A DNA stretch of 64,000 nt from Podarcis vaucheri (taxonomy: Eukaryota). Shown here in pieces: positions 50,496-62,949 of this stretch (positions within the stretch are counted from its first letter, which is position 1; each line of letters begins with the position of its first letter). The notes below the pieces were generated by a model that was not told where the DNA came from, ran no database searches, and was given only the letters and a program-made list of their open reading frames with translations. The translations under genes were made by a program, and so were the position numbers. The stretch lies in NCBI GenBank assembly GCA_965113315.1, contig OZ220366.1. The stretch is one strand, 5' to 3'.

Positions 50496-53300
50496 GTGGA
50501 TGCCACGGCAGTGCATCGCATTGACAGCCTTGCAGCTCTGAGCATGGACCGGTCTGGACTTATGCGGGAAGGGCTTAGAGTCCCCAGCAGTATTGTCTAT
50601 TCCAGTTTATGTGGACTTGGCTCAGACAAGCCCCGGGACGCTACAAGTGCTATTGCTGGCCTTGGATTTGCTCCTGAAAGAAATCCAGAGATGCAGTTCA
50701 AGTCTAATCCCACTGAAGCAATTGAAAATGCAGCTGGAAAACCCCCAAATGGCTTCAGTGCTATGTACAAAACGCCACCTGGAATACAAAAAAGTTCGCT
50801 TCCAACTGGGGAGGCCTTAGGCTTGGACAGAAGCTCAAGCGACAAACCGAGTCCTCTCAATGTCAATGGTGCTAGTTACCTAAGGCTACCCTGGGTAAAT
50901 CCTTACATGGAGGGTGCTATTTATCCTTTTCTCGAATCACCAAATAAGTATTCGTTGAACATGTATAAGGCCTTGCTACCTCAGCAGTCCAATTACAGCT
51001 TGCCACAGCATCTGACCTACTCGCCCGTATGTACAAATGGTGAACGTTTTTTATACTTGCCACCTTCTCATTACGTTGCTCCCCACATTCCGTCATCGTT
51101 AGCTTCACCAATGAGGATCTCTGCGGCAACCACAGCTCCAGCTATTCCCCCTCTAGGACACTGTCCAGAAAAGAGCTTGTCTTGGAAGATGGGGGTTGGA
51201 CCCGGAACTCCTGTAGACTCTCATGCCTATCCACATATCCAGAACAGCAAGCCTCCCAGAGTCCCATCTGCAAAGCCAGCGGCTAGTAATATGCCCACAG
51301 ACCCCAGTGTTCTCTTGTCTCATTCACCGAGACCATCACCTAGAGTTCACCTCCCGACGCAGGTTGGGGACGCTTACTCGGAGTTTCAGAAACACTTTTC
51401 CAGGATTTCGACGTCTCCTTCTTCAGTTACACTCCCAAAGCCATACGTGAATGTAAGCAATGAGTTTCCTTCAAGAGTCTCCGGGGGGAAAGCTCCTAAA
51501 ACACATGACACAGGCGAAATCTCTCAGCAGCCTACAGTGCATGCAAGGAAAACAGGTCACGACAGGAAGGACAGCAGATCCCCTCCCCTGTTAGAAAAAC
51601 AACAAACTGTTACCAAAGAGATTATAGACAAACCATTGGATTTGTCATCAAAAGTTGTTGACATGGAGACAACCAAATCTGATCATGTTAAGAAAATGGC
51701 GCCAACTGTGCTGGTTCATAGCAGGGCCGGAAGTGGCTTGGTTTTACCTGGAGGTGATCTTCCAAAAGAAACCATTTCTCCTGGAAGCGGTTGCCCTGTC
51801 TATAGACCTGAAATAATCAGCACGGCGCCTTCCTCCTGGGTTGTTCCTGGTCCAGGTCCCAATGAAGAGAACGGTGGTAAAAACATGCAGTTGAAAAACA
51901 AAGCATTGGACTGGGTGACGCCACAACAGCGGAGTTCTTCTTGCCCTAGGATGGGGGGTACAGAAGCAGTTGTCAGTAATATTTCAGGGTCTGTGTCAAG
52001 CGGAGGTCGCCCAGCATCTGCTTCTCCTGCTCCAAATGCCAATGTCGATTGCCCTAAGACAACTAGCTCCGTAGAGACCACTGCATCTGTCATACAGCAC
52101 ATAGGACAACCTTTAGCAGCAGCATCTTCAAAGCATAGTAATAAGGCAGCTAAATGCAATAATCCAGAACCTATCTTCAAAGCAAACGAGAACACCCTTG
52201 CACCAACTTCCATATTTTTCCCTCCCAATGATGCGTTCCGATCTCCACCATTGCCCTATCCGAGAAGCTATCTCCCCTATCCAGTTCCAGAAGGCTTAGC
52301 TATAGGCCCTTTGTCTCTACATGGGAAAGGACCTGTATATCCTCACCCTGTTCTGTTACCCAATGGGAGTCTTTTCCCTGGACATCTAGCTCCCAAACCT
52401 ACCATTCCATACAGCCTGCCAGCCAGCCGAGGTGAGTTCATGACCTACCAGGATGCTTTGGGCATGGGCATGGTACACCCAATGCTGTTACCCCATACAG
52501 CTTTGGAGCTGAAAGATGAGAAATCGGAAAGGAGGTCTAGATCGCATGAACGGCTCCGTTATGAAGACCCTGCCTTGAGAAACCGATTGCCTGAGATGCT
52601 GGAAACCAGCACAAAACTACATTTTGAAGTACCTGCAGACAGAAACGTGAAATTGCACCAAAGTTCAAGTCATGGTAAAAATACTACCAAAAGTGACAAG
52701 CACCTGTTTGCAGAACCGAGAGAGGAGCAAGATGTGAAAGGTGAAACGAACCTGACGAAACCTAGCTTTCCTGTTGAAAGCAGTAATCAAGCAAGCGACC
52801 CCACAAAGCACAAGGTAGAACAAGGCTTCCCCCACAGAGATTTCATTGTGATGAGAGAAGACTGTGGGAGAAGCAATTTCCATGAAGTTTATAACTTCAA
52901 GCAAGCCCAGAGCCCACACCCATCGATGTTCAACTTAAGGAAAGAGGACCTTTCCTTGAGCCAGAATAGGGAGAGGTTAACGGTTCCCACTTCCTCTGTG
53001 TTCTTGGAGGCTGCTCACGGAAACGATGGCCTAGCTATGTCCTTTTGCAAAATGCCAGATGATGCTAAACAGCTTTGTATGGGAAACACGCAGTCAAGTA
53101 TGGAAGTCAGTCAGGCATACGCCAAAGAGGGAACTGAGGGCGCGGAACCTAATGATGGCAAATTCCTGAAACCTAAGCCATCTAACCTGGCAAAGAGAAT
53201 CGCAAACTCTGCTGGTTACGTAGGTGATCGATTCAAGTGTGTTACGACAGAACTGTATGCAGATTCTAGCCAACTTAGTCGAGAACAGCGAGCTCTGCAG
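50496..53300 (+). CDS. BCOR: BCOR exon 4 (2805 nt, 935 codons), containing the PLDLS motif and the BCL6-binding peptide
   Basis: caaag|GTG GAT GCC ... CTG CAG|gtgagt. Open frame [19 protein letters not shown]...[15 protein letters not shown] is collinear with BCOR. PLDLS at 51633-51647; [17 protein letters not shown] at 51804-51854. Confidence 0.98.
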
Positions 53301-53886
53301 GTGAGTTCTGAGGCTTAACTACCAAAGCAGTTTTTTTTAAAAAAACAGTTCACAGTTGAGAATGAAATATGTACAACTCTATAAGTCTATCTTGAACTTA
53401 ACTAGCAGTGGTAATCTTGTGTATATCGGGTTCTGCTATGAAGCCAGGGGTATTGGAGCGTTAATAGATAAGAATTATATGTAGTTAATTGGTGTAACAA
53501 ATAATTGAATCTCATAAGCATAACATGTAGTAGTGAAAGGAAGCTGAAGAATGCATGACATGTTTGTTTTTAAAGGTAGTTTGCTATAGCTTGCCTGTGT
53601 TTGGCTAGCACTATTAAATACCAAAGGAAAGGCAGAAGTTCTGATGATTATTTCATACAGGACATTTGATTAAAAAGGAGTAGCAGCCATATGTTAGCCG
53701 GTTTAATGCAACTTCTTTACCAAGCAGAAATGTAGCTTAAAGGAATAGAAGATGTAGTGAATTTGACGTTGAATGATGGCAAGCATTGTAGGTTATTTTT
53801 TAGATTTGTGAAAGAATGAGTTAAGCCAAATTGTTTTGCGTTGTTAAAAAAAGAAAGAATTAGTTGATGCTTATAAAAATGGATGA

Positions 53887-54034
53887 NNNNNNNNNNNNNN
53901 NNNNNNNNNNNNNNNNNNNNNNNNNNNNNNNNNNNNNNNNNNNNNNNNNNNNNNNNNNNNNNNNNNNNNNNNNNNNNNNNNNNNNNNNNNNNNNNNNNNN
54001 NNNNNNNNNNNNNNNNNNNNNNNNNNNNNNNNNN
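53887..54034. other. Assembly gap (148 N) between BCOR exons 4 and 6
   Basis: Run of n directly visible. Confidence 1.
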
Positions 54035-54416
54035 TGAGTTAAAATTTCATTTCCAAGTACACAAAGGGAAGTTGTGGGCCATGGTCGTCTTTATTCATTG
54101 TACAGTTTATGTTTTGTTTCTTTGTTATACCTCTCAAAAGACAATGCTTTTTAATACACATATATAAATAAATAAATATATATAATGTTATTTACTTTTA
54201 TATATGGAAGAACTGTATATCATTTGTGCATAGATACTACATGCCTTGCATATTGAACACATGGCATTTTAAAACTTTATATAGAATTGTGTGTATCTCA
54301 AAACTTTGGGTTTGAGCAGATATTTTCTTTTGGAAATACTTTTCATAGAAGGTAAGGTAAATGAAGTAGCTCTTATTGTGAGGTGTCTTTCTTCCCCATA
54401 TCAATTCTCTTTCTAG

Positions 54417-54600
54417 CGTGCAATGATGCGCTTCTCAGAGTTGGAGATGAAAGAGAGAGAAGGCCACGTAGCAACCAAAGACCCGGAGGTCTGCAGATTC
54501 AACCAAGCAGACTGGGAAAACTTGAAAGGAAATAATGAAAAGAAACCTAAGTCTGTCACTTTGGAAGATGCCATTGCTGGGCAAAATGACAATGACAGAT
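54417..54600 (+). CDS. BCOR: BCOR exon 6 (184 nt)
   Basis: ttctctttctag|CGT GCA ATG ATG CGC TTC TCA GAG ... GAC AGA T|gtaagc encodes [22 protein letters not shown]...[20 protein letters not shown]. Confidence 0.96.
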
Positions 54601-54682
54601 GTAAGCAAAGTTTTTATATGCCTTTTTGAAATTTCTGTGTGCCTCCTGTAGTCATTTAGAGCAAAACATGGCGATGCCATTA

Positions 54683-54907
54683 GAGTGGTACCTCGGGTTA
54701 CATACGCTTCAGGTTACAGGCTCCGCTAACCCAGAAATATTACCTCGGGTTAAGAACTTTGCTTCAGGATGAGAACAGAACACTGCGGCGGCGGTGTGGC
54801 AGCAGCAGGAGGCCCCATTAGCTAAAGTGGTGCTTCAGGTTAGGAACAGTTTCAGGTTAAGAACGGACCTCCGGAACGAATTAAGTACTTAATCCGAGGT
54901 ACCACTG
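54683..54907. mobile_element. Tigger/pogo-like MITE, copy 3, 82 nt after the exon 6 donor
   Basis: TA|GAGTGGTACCTCGGGTT ... ATCCGAGGTACCACTG|TA. Confidence 0.9.
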
Positions 54908-54967
54908 TACGTAGATGTTAAAGCATTCAGCTCCAAAAAGCTGCTGCACAGTCATAGCAATACCTAC

Positions 54968-55063
54968 TGGGTGATATACAACATTAGTCATAGAGTAGAC
55001 CATTTGATAACAGTAGATGTCAGTGGGTCTTCTCTGAATATGACTAATGTTGCATATCGCCCA
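54968..55063. repeat. ~95-bp hairpin with 25-bp arms (23/25 identical)
   Basis: TGGGTGATATACAACATTAGTCATA ... TATGACTAATGTTGCATATCGCCCA. Confidence 0.85.
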
Positions 55064-57744
55064 CTAAGTTTCCCTTGACAGGAAGTGAAAACAAGTTTCT
55101 TTCATGTAAACATTTGTCAACTGCAGCTCGTCGTTTGTGTAGCTTAAAAGTTGCGTCGGTCTTAGTGTGGCTTCTCTGTTGTCTTAAGCAGGGAGAAAGG
55201 AAGACAGGTAATAGGAGGGTTGAGCTAAGTCATATAATCAGAAAACCTTCCATTTAGTTATTTGAAGAGTGTGAACGTTAACATTGTGTGTGTTGTTGTT
55301 GCTTTTTTTGCAGAAAGCCACTGCAATGTGGTGATCTGTATTGTGTAGTAGAAGCCTGCCCTCTCCCTCCATATCAGCAAACTGTTCTGTGCCCAAATTT
55401 TCCATTCATAGGCTTGTCAACTTCTATCAGACCAGTAAAGAATAAAACTATGCCATGAATCAACAGGGCCAGCTGGTGTGGCAGCGCCGTAGTTCTGAAC
55501 TCCTGCCAGCACTGCTGCTTGCTGCTTACCAGGGTGATGTGGGAGCTGGGCAGTGGTGACGCCAACGCAGCCTGGCCATACTGGTGGAGCCAATCTAGTG
55601 CCCCAACAGCTGCCCATTACCTTTTAAAATTGGGGGTGATTTGTTCTTGATTTTGGCTGTATTCTTCCCACCATTAGAATGGAAGAAGTACCTGCTAATT
55701 TCTAGTGATTTCAGCAGCAGTAAGTGTGCAATGAACAAAAAGATTGGAGGGTTTGCCGCCTCAGTGTATCCAAACCTCTTCAGATGTGATAACCTATTAC
55801 TTCTCCCTTCCCACAAACTTGCTAATAGAAAAATGGGTGTTCTTTAGAGTGTGTGTAACTTTGTGGGGGCTGGTCTGCCATGGCTGGTAAACTGAGTCAA
55901 TAAGAGATGTTAGTTACAAGTTGCTAAGTTGCCATCTCATAATGGGTTGGCCACAAATTCATATATTCATCTATAAAATCCAGATCTACAGGCAACGATT
56001 TGTGCGCTTCCAATTGACGCGCAACTGCGCATGCGTGCCTGGGAAAAGGGGGCAGGGTGGGGGCATAGCAGAGTGGAGCAGGCTTATGTGCGCTTCAGCA
56101 ATGTGTGTGTGTGGGGGCAGGCAGGAACGTAGCCCCTGTTGTTGCCTGTATTTGATAAACACTGTTAATCCAGCATAGAACAAGGTTGGGGAGCGTTTGG
56201 CTAGGCTAAGACTCTTGAAGAAGGTCTTCTCTTCTCAGCTATGCTCAGCATCCTAGGCTTCCTTCTGAACCTGGAGACCTGATGCCCCATTCTGCTTGCT
56301 CCTCCTCCTCCTCCTCCTCCTTTTTGTGGCTTCCTTCAGTTTCAGTAACTGCTTGTGTTTCAGTGCACTCCCCATGAGCCCTGAAAACTCAAAAGTGCTG
56401 TTCAGTTAAAAGGAAAGCAGTTGCAGTCTGCGTCTATTCCCCCAGCTGATACGGTGGGTGGAGGGGCGAGTCATACACAACCACATCAAGCAATAGGGTG
56501 AAGGGAAGAGCTGTCTTTTTCAGAGGCAGCTGGAGCCCAAGGAACTAATGGTGTGAGGAAGGAAGGGAAGGACAAATCAGGGTTTGAATAAAAGAAGGAA
56601 GGAGACAAAAAGGTCTCTCAACATGGAGGTTGATTGGGCGCATAGCATGCTGCAGGGAGGCAAACATAAGTTTTGTGAAGGGAGCACCATGTTGCTGTGA
56701 TCCTGCGGGTGCGGATGTGAGGACGAATTCTGTTGGAATGGGTTATCTAGGGACACGATTCAGGTTATTTACTCCACTGCAACTGTTCTTCTACGCATGC
56801 GCAAGTGTCAAGCTTTATGTAAGATTGACCATAACTTGACACTTTACGTTATCCAGCAGCGGCATTTTTTTCTTCCAAGTTGACATTTACTCCTTGCTAT
56901 GATGCCTCATTCTTCAAGGCTCCATTGTTTCAAAGGCACTGAAATCTTTGGGATGTTGTTGTTACTAAATTATTTATTATTATTGACAACAACATCTCAA
57001 AGATTTCAGTTGTTGCTGTTACTATTCTTATTTATTATTGGGTGGTTTGTTTGTTTTTTAAAAAATGGAGCGGCCAAAACAAAATCAGAGTGGAATTCAA
57101 ACCCAATGAACACCAGGCAGTATAAACCGTTTTTACAGCCTGCCTAAATCTAGGGAGCGAGTGCCACAAATAGGACGCACCAATCTCTCTTGGGGATGGA
57201 ACATACAACAGGGTCCCTGAAAATGAAAATGGGCATTGTATGTTTTCTGTTATTTTCATTTGCTTTTGCAAAAGGTGAGAGGGGTGGAGTATCTGCACTT
57301 TTAGGTTTGCTGTGAACTAAGAGGATTTTATCAGTTCTTTAAAATCTGCAGTATTTAGAACACCTGTGTGCAAGAAGCAAATAGTTGATAAAATGGATTA
57401 CACTACGTCTTGGAGCCAGATTACACATTGCTGTTGCCAGGGGATTGGCATCCTGTGGCAAGGTTTTCATTTCCTGTGGCTATTAGATTCAGCTGTACTC
57501 ACTGCATCAATCAGGGCCATCAGGAGAATCTTCCTGCTTCTGCTCCACGTAATTGGTGGCCATTGAAGGGGGAGGGGCAGGATAGCTCACTACCTGATTA
57601 TCTTGATGCACATAGTAAATACTATCAAATGTTATCCTTGCAGGGAGGCAAAGGTGCCAATGGGTTGCTGATCCCCACAGTGACTGTCCTATATAGCTCG
57701 GTTCTTAACTTCCATGTAATGTGATTAACTTCAAGTTACTTTGT

Positions 57745-58606
57745 GTGTTTTTTATATAATAATATTTAATACTTTTCCAACAATTTAAACACTACAAAAA
57801 AGTACAACACAATACAAAAACACTACATAAACTAACAAAACAAAACAAAAAACCACATCAATCAACATCAGTTTCAATATCTTATCTTTCATTCACTTAT
57901 TTCAACGACCTCCTCACACCTCCCTTTTTGTATTCCACTTCTATTAATTGTTTCAGCAATTCCTTTCCAGCTTCCTCTGTTTTCTATCCTATAATTATCT
58001 TAACACATTCTAACCTTATTTTTCCCTTTAATACTCTATTAATCTATTTATACTTAATTCCTTATAACATTTCTACTAAAGCCATATAACTTCATTCCAA
58101 TATTTTTCTAACATTCATTAATTTTACAGTATTTCTGTAAATAGTCTCTAAACTTTTTCCAGTCTTCTTCCACCAACTCTTCTCCCTGGTCTCGGATTCT
58201 GCCAGTCATTTCCGCCAGTTCCACATAGTCCATCAACTTCATCTGCCATTCTTCCTGGGTGGGTAAATCTTGTGTCTTCCAATACTTCGCGATAAGTATT
58301 CTTGCTGCTGTTGTTGCATACATAAAAAAAAATCTGTCCTTCTTTGGCACCATTTGGCCAACCATGCCCAGGAGAAAGGCCTCTGGTTTCTTCAGGAAAG
58401 TATATTTAAATATCTTTTTCATTTCGTTATAAATCATCTCCCAGAATGTCTTAATCCTTGGGCATGTCCACCAAAGGTGAAAGAATGTGCCTTCAGTCTC
58501 GTTACATTTCCAACATTTATTGTCGGGCAAATGATAATTTTTTGCAAGCTTGACTGGTGTCATGTACCACCTGTAAATCATTTTCATTAAATTTTCTCTT
58601 AGGGCA
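57745..58606 (-). mobile_element. 5'-truncated L1-clade LINE (ORF2 C-terminus and 3'UTR) in intron 6
   Basis: ORF 58108-58587(-) has the CWKC-x8-H-x4-C zinc-knuckle pattern of L1 ORF2 ends, followed by a GT-rich 3'UTR and an A-rich end. Confidence 0.88.
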
Positions 58607-61600
58607 AAGCACGGAAAGTTTTCAGAGCATCACTACAAAAGTTTGCCACGTCTATTCACCTTTTGCTACTTGCAACAGCAGCTAGTAAAGACAGCTGAGC
58701 AGCAGCAAGCCTTTAGTGTTAGGTTTTTGGTACTTCAGGACATTTTGAACCCAAGCACCTGACATTCATCATGCCAATTGGCATAAGTACCTGATATAGT
58801 TGGAAAGTTTTCCGGTTCAGCTTTTCCCATGGAGAGTTGCTGTTATTCAGTTGATCAGTGTCTTACATCTAATGTTACCATGTTTATAGTCAGTCTTGAG
58901 AGCCTTAAATCTGGATAACATTTTGATCTTTAGTAGCATAGCTGGGAGCTTAACAAAACATTGCAGTGTGGAGTATTCCTATTCAGGATTCCAGCCAGCC
59001 ATGTCTCTCCCAAAGGTCTCCATTCTGCCTGTTCCCCAATTTTTTGACCCTCGCCAGACATTAATTATTTTGTGGCCATTGAGCAAGCTCTGTCCTTGTT
59101 GGGATGTTTTGGGTGGTTTTTCATTCCCTTCCTCCCTCGCCCCCTAAATATTTTTGTTGTATGTCCACAAACCTTGGGGCTTCCACAAGCCTTTTGATAT
59201 CTCCCTCTTGTGTCTGGATGGTGGTTCTTTTGGCTACATAAAGATAGGTCCTGAGAGTTCACTATTCTTATGTACAATGTGACTTGGAAAAGGGGTTTAA
59301 CACATACAACAGAATGGATTGTACACAAACTACAGTGAGGTGAGGTTTCTTTTTTGAAGGTTTTTCTATGTGTAAAAAGACCCTCAAATACAACGGTCTA
59401 CAATTAGAAAACTATAGAGGCCAGTGAAATCCTTTCTCTCTACTATGTTAGTTTTTTTCCCCTGTGAGGTAGGGGCATTTACAAATGGTAACCTCACTTG
59501 CCATCTGAAGTGCTATATTACAGTCCACTTTACCACTTAATTCTGCTGCCTGTTACGTTCTGGACTGGTAGATTTCTTTGCTTTGCTTTTTTCGTTTATA
59601 GATCTGAGATTGGACAGAATGTTCTCAGGCCCTTACGGGAACTGTTAGCTGCCTCCTTTGGGGCTCTTACATACCTATGGCAAACTTTTATTATTATTAT
59701 TTTAAAAAAACCCAAGTTAAAAATAAAAAATCCTGGTAAGAAGCATTCTTTTCTCCACCTTTCCCCCCCAAATACCAGCAAAACAAAGTTAGATGTGATA
59801 GTAAAAGACAGTACTGGTGATTTTCCTTATCTCTGACCGAAGTGGAATTAGCTGAGGCTTTGGCATGTCTTAAGTTCTCCAAGCGAAGATTCTTGCCAAA
59901 GCAGGAAGTCTGTGGAGAAGTAAGATGCCCCATTGGTTCTCAGTGCTGCTAATTACCTGAACACAGGTGGTCCTTTTTCCTCCATTTGTGGGCCCACTCC
60001 ATACATGCAGCCACATGAGTGATTAGTGAGCGGGGCGTGAAACCTATGAGGTCCAGGTGGTTTTTTAAAAACTCCATAGGAACCCTTTTTTCAGTGCAGA
60101 GTTGTGCTGGCTGAGTAAACCCTTTGGGGAGCCACTTGCTCAAGCATCTTCCAACTAGGATTAGGTGGTGCTAGAGGCCAGCCACTTGGCTCACGGCAGC
60201 AGACCTGAAATGGTGAGAGGGAAAGTCTAGGCTAGGAAGCGATTGCATGTCTGCAGGTAACTGTCTGCACTTCCCTTCCTTACAGCAAGAGTAGTTGGGC
60301 TACTGTGAACTTATATGAGTGGAGTCTTTTGTGGTGTGCATGTGGAACTGCCACACTCAGGCAGAGTCTCATTCAAGCAAGCAAAATGCTGGGGAGGTCG
60401 AAGCATCTGCCTGCTCAAGGGCAGCCTAGAACATGCCTAATATAGTGGAAGAAAGGCTGTAACACTTGCCGGCAGTTTGAGTCAAGTTTCTGCAACGCCC
60501 AACTCCTAGGTCTGGTTGCTAAGTTTAAATGGTCTGAATAAAAGCAGTGGCTCTCATAGGATTGGTCAAAGTATTAATTTCTGTTTTCTAGATTCATCCT
60601 TAATAATCAGTTAATTATTTTCATTCTCATAAGTGCACTCTGAATGTTTTTTTCTGGTGCAGTGGTGCAAAACAAATTACAGCAATGTTCATTGTTCTGC
60701 CTGCAGACGGATTGGTGCAAATTTATTTCATTTTAAATAATATTTATCCATGCATCCAGCATGTACTGAAGTGGACTTAGAACTGAGGCACAGAGAGAAA
60801 GTTTCCTAAAACAATTGATTCATCTGACCTCCAGGATATTTCCACTGCATTTGAAAATGCGTAGCAATTCTCTACCGGTGAATTGCATAATTTTTTTTGG
60901 GGGGGGGGAGGGTAGAGGGCCAAATGGTGCCAGGTACATCCAACCTGAAAATGCGAAAGCCGAAATGAGAGGCAAGCCTCTGTATTCTTTTTTGCAGGGA
61001 GTTTAAAAATCAGGAGGAACGGGGAGAGCCATAGCAAAAACTGCTTTGTTGCCAAGGAGACTTGTAAACGTTGCTATGGAGAGCTTCTTTGCCACAAATG
61101 TGATAAATTATGGGATGTGTTCAGCAGAGGAATGATTTAAGCAGCCTAGGATATGGATCCATTTGAAATGGGCATGGCGGCTTAATAGTGCTAAAAGGAA
61201 GTGTAATTCGTTCTTTGAGAAATACTGTAATTTTTAGGCATCCTGACCCTTTTTAAGGCTTTAGCTGCTGCAGCATGACCACTGTTCTGCACCAAAGAAG
61301 CCTAAAGTGGGACAACTAGTGGAACAACGAATCTTCCCCGCAGGCCATGTAGCAAAAGCAGTGAGATCCATAACCCTTTTCCTATTTGTTTTGGAAAGCA
61401 GAGTGCTGAAGTATAGGATGATTCCTAAACTACCTGTCTGCTGCAAGAAATAAATTAACCAATTAAAAAGCTCTTGCAAGTACCAAGTACTCATTTGCAG
61501 AGGGAGCTCTGGCTGGGTCTCTGCATGATTCACTGCTGTGGACTTGCCTCCTTCCAATCAGCCTCTGCTGATTGGCAAGTGATCCTCTTGCATCTCTGCC

Positions 61601-62583
61601 TCAGATGTCATTGGATCTTTCAATCATTCCTCATGCAGAAATTCAGCAGCATCACTCAAGCTCAAGAGAAGGCTACCAATTGCATCTTGGCAAGAGTTGC
61701 TGCTCTAAGCTGGCCCTTCTGGTCAAGAAGCACCCCTGGCTTCATGACCCTGTTGAGACAGAGGCATAGTTTCCAGTGAGGGGGATAATTGTTACTCCTA
61801 CCTTCAACCTCTAAAAAAGTAAACATTTTTCAGGTGTAAGGGTGATGTATATCAACTTTAATTCAGGAGATAAGTGTTGTTCAACTACCAGAATGTAAGA
61901 AAACATTGGATTAGATGATTTTAAAATGCACTTGTTGTTTAAAATGAATTTACGAAGAGTGGGTATAATGTATGACAAGCAGAAGAGAAATGCTTATATC
62001 TGTCAGGCTGTTAGGAATTATATTGAGAATGAATCCCTAGCATGTTGGAGATATCTGGGTTCCTCAAACCAAACTTCTTTATTTTTAACTCAAGAATTTA
62101 GGAGATTTGGGTGAGTGGGTGGGGACTAAATTATGATCTCTACATTTGACATTGTGCCTCTGATATTTTCCATTCATTCTGCAATAAGTTCAACCTGTCT
62201 AGGAATATTTTTCCAGGGCTGTCATTCTCTTTCTGCTGCTTTATAAGGTTTATGAGGAAGAGACATACACAGAAGTTGTTAATTCTTTTGGGAGGAACAA
62301 ACTAATTCAGTGCTTCTCTATTCCTCTGACAGATATTTTCATTTGTCTCATTTTGGGAAGATCAAGGCCATTTTGGGGAGATTGCTCAGAATGAACAAGA
62401 CTGTTAAGCACAATGAAAATGCAAAGTGACAAACATTTATTTGTCTTGCATGTTTGCCAGTGATAAAAAAGCCAAATCCATGATTTGTTGTGGAGGAAGA
62501 AATAAACAAAGGTGGAAACATCCTGCATGTGGCAGAAGTATAGGATAGCTGATAGTTTGTATTCCTTCATATAGGGCTCGGAA

Positions 62584-62949
62584 TAGGGATGTATTACTCT
62601 GTCAATTTCGATTTCGTATTTTTCCAATCTTAAATTCTGTTTGGCCAATTTCTGTTGTCATTCATGTGTGGGTTTTTTTAATTTGCAAGAAATAAGTTAT
62701 CTTACTATACATATTTTTTGCAAGCACTTTCCCCATAGGTAATACATTTTTAATGTTATCTTCACTAACGTAAGCATTTTTGTTTGTGCTTTTCTCAATA
62801 CACATTTTTGTATGCATATTTTGGTTGGAGAGCTGCACTGTAAAATTCAGAAAAGCATGAAATTTCATGAGTAGTTGTGCTTTGGTTTTCATATGGATTC
62901 AGGAAGTGAAAATTAGTTTCAAACCAAACAAATTTCTCACCTATCCCTA
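62584..62949. mobile_element. Non-autonomous DNA transposon remnant
   Basis: TAGGGAT.../...ATCCCTA termini and AT-rich interior; no clear TSD. Confidence 0.5.

Noticed and set aside
53883-54167. ORF spanning the N run
   Set aside because: Artefact of translating the gap.
54368-54384. AGC TCT TAT TGT GAG gt (SSYCE) resembling the end of BCOR exon 5
   Set aside because: An in-frame TGA lies just upstream, there is no further similarity, and it would leave a 34-nt intron; judged coincidental.
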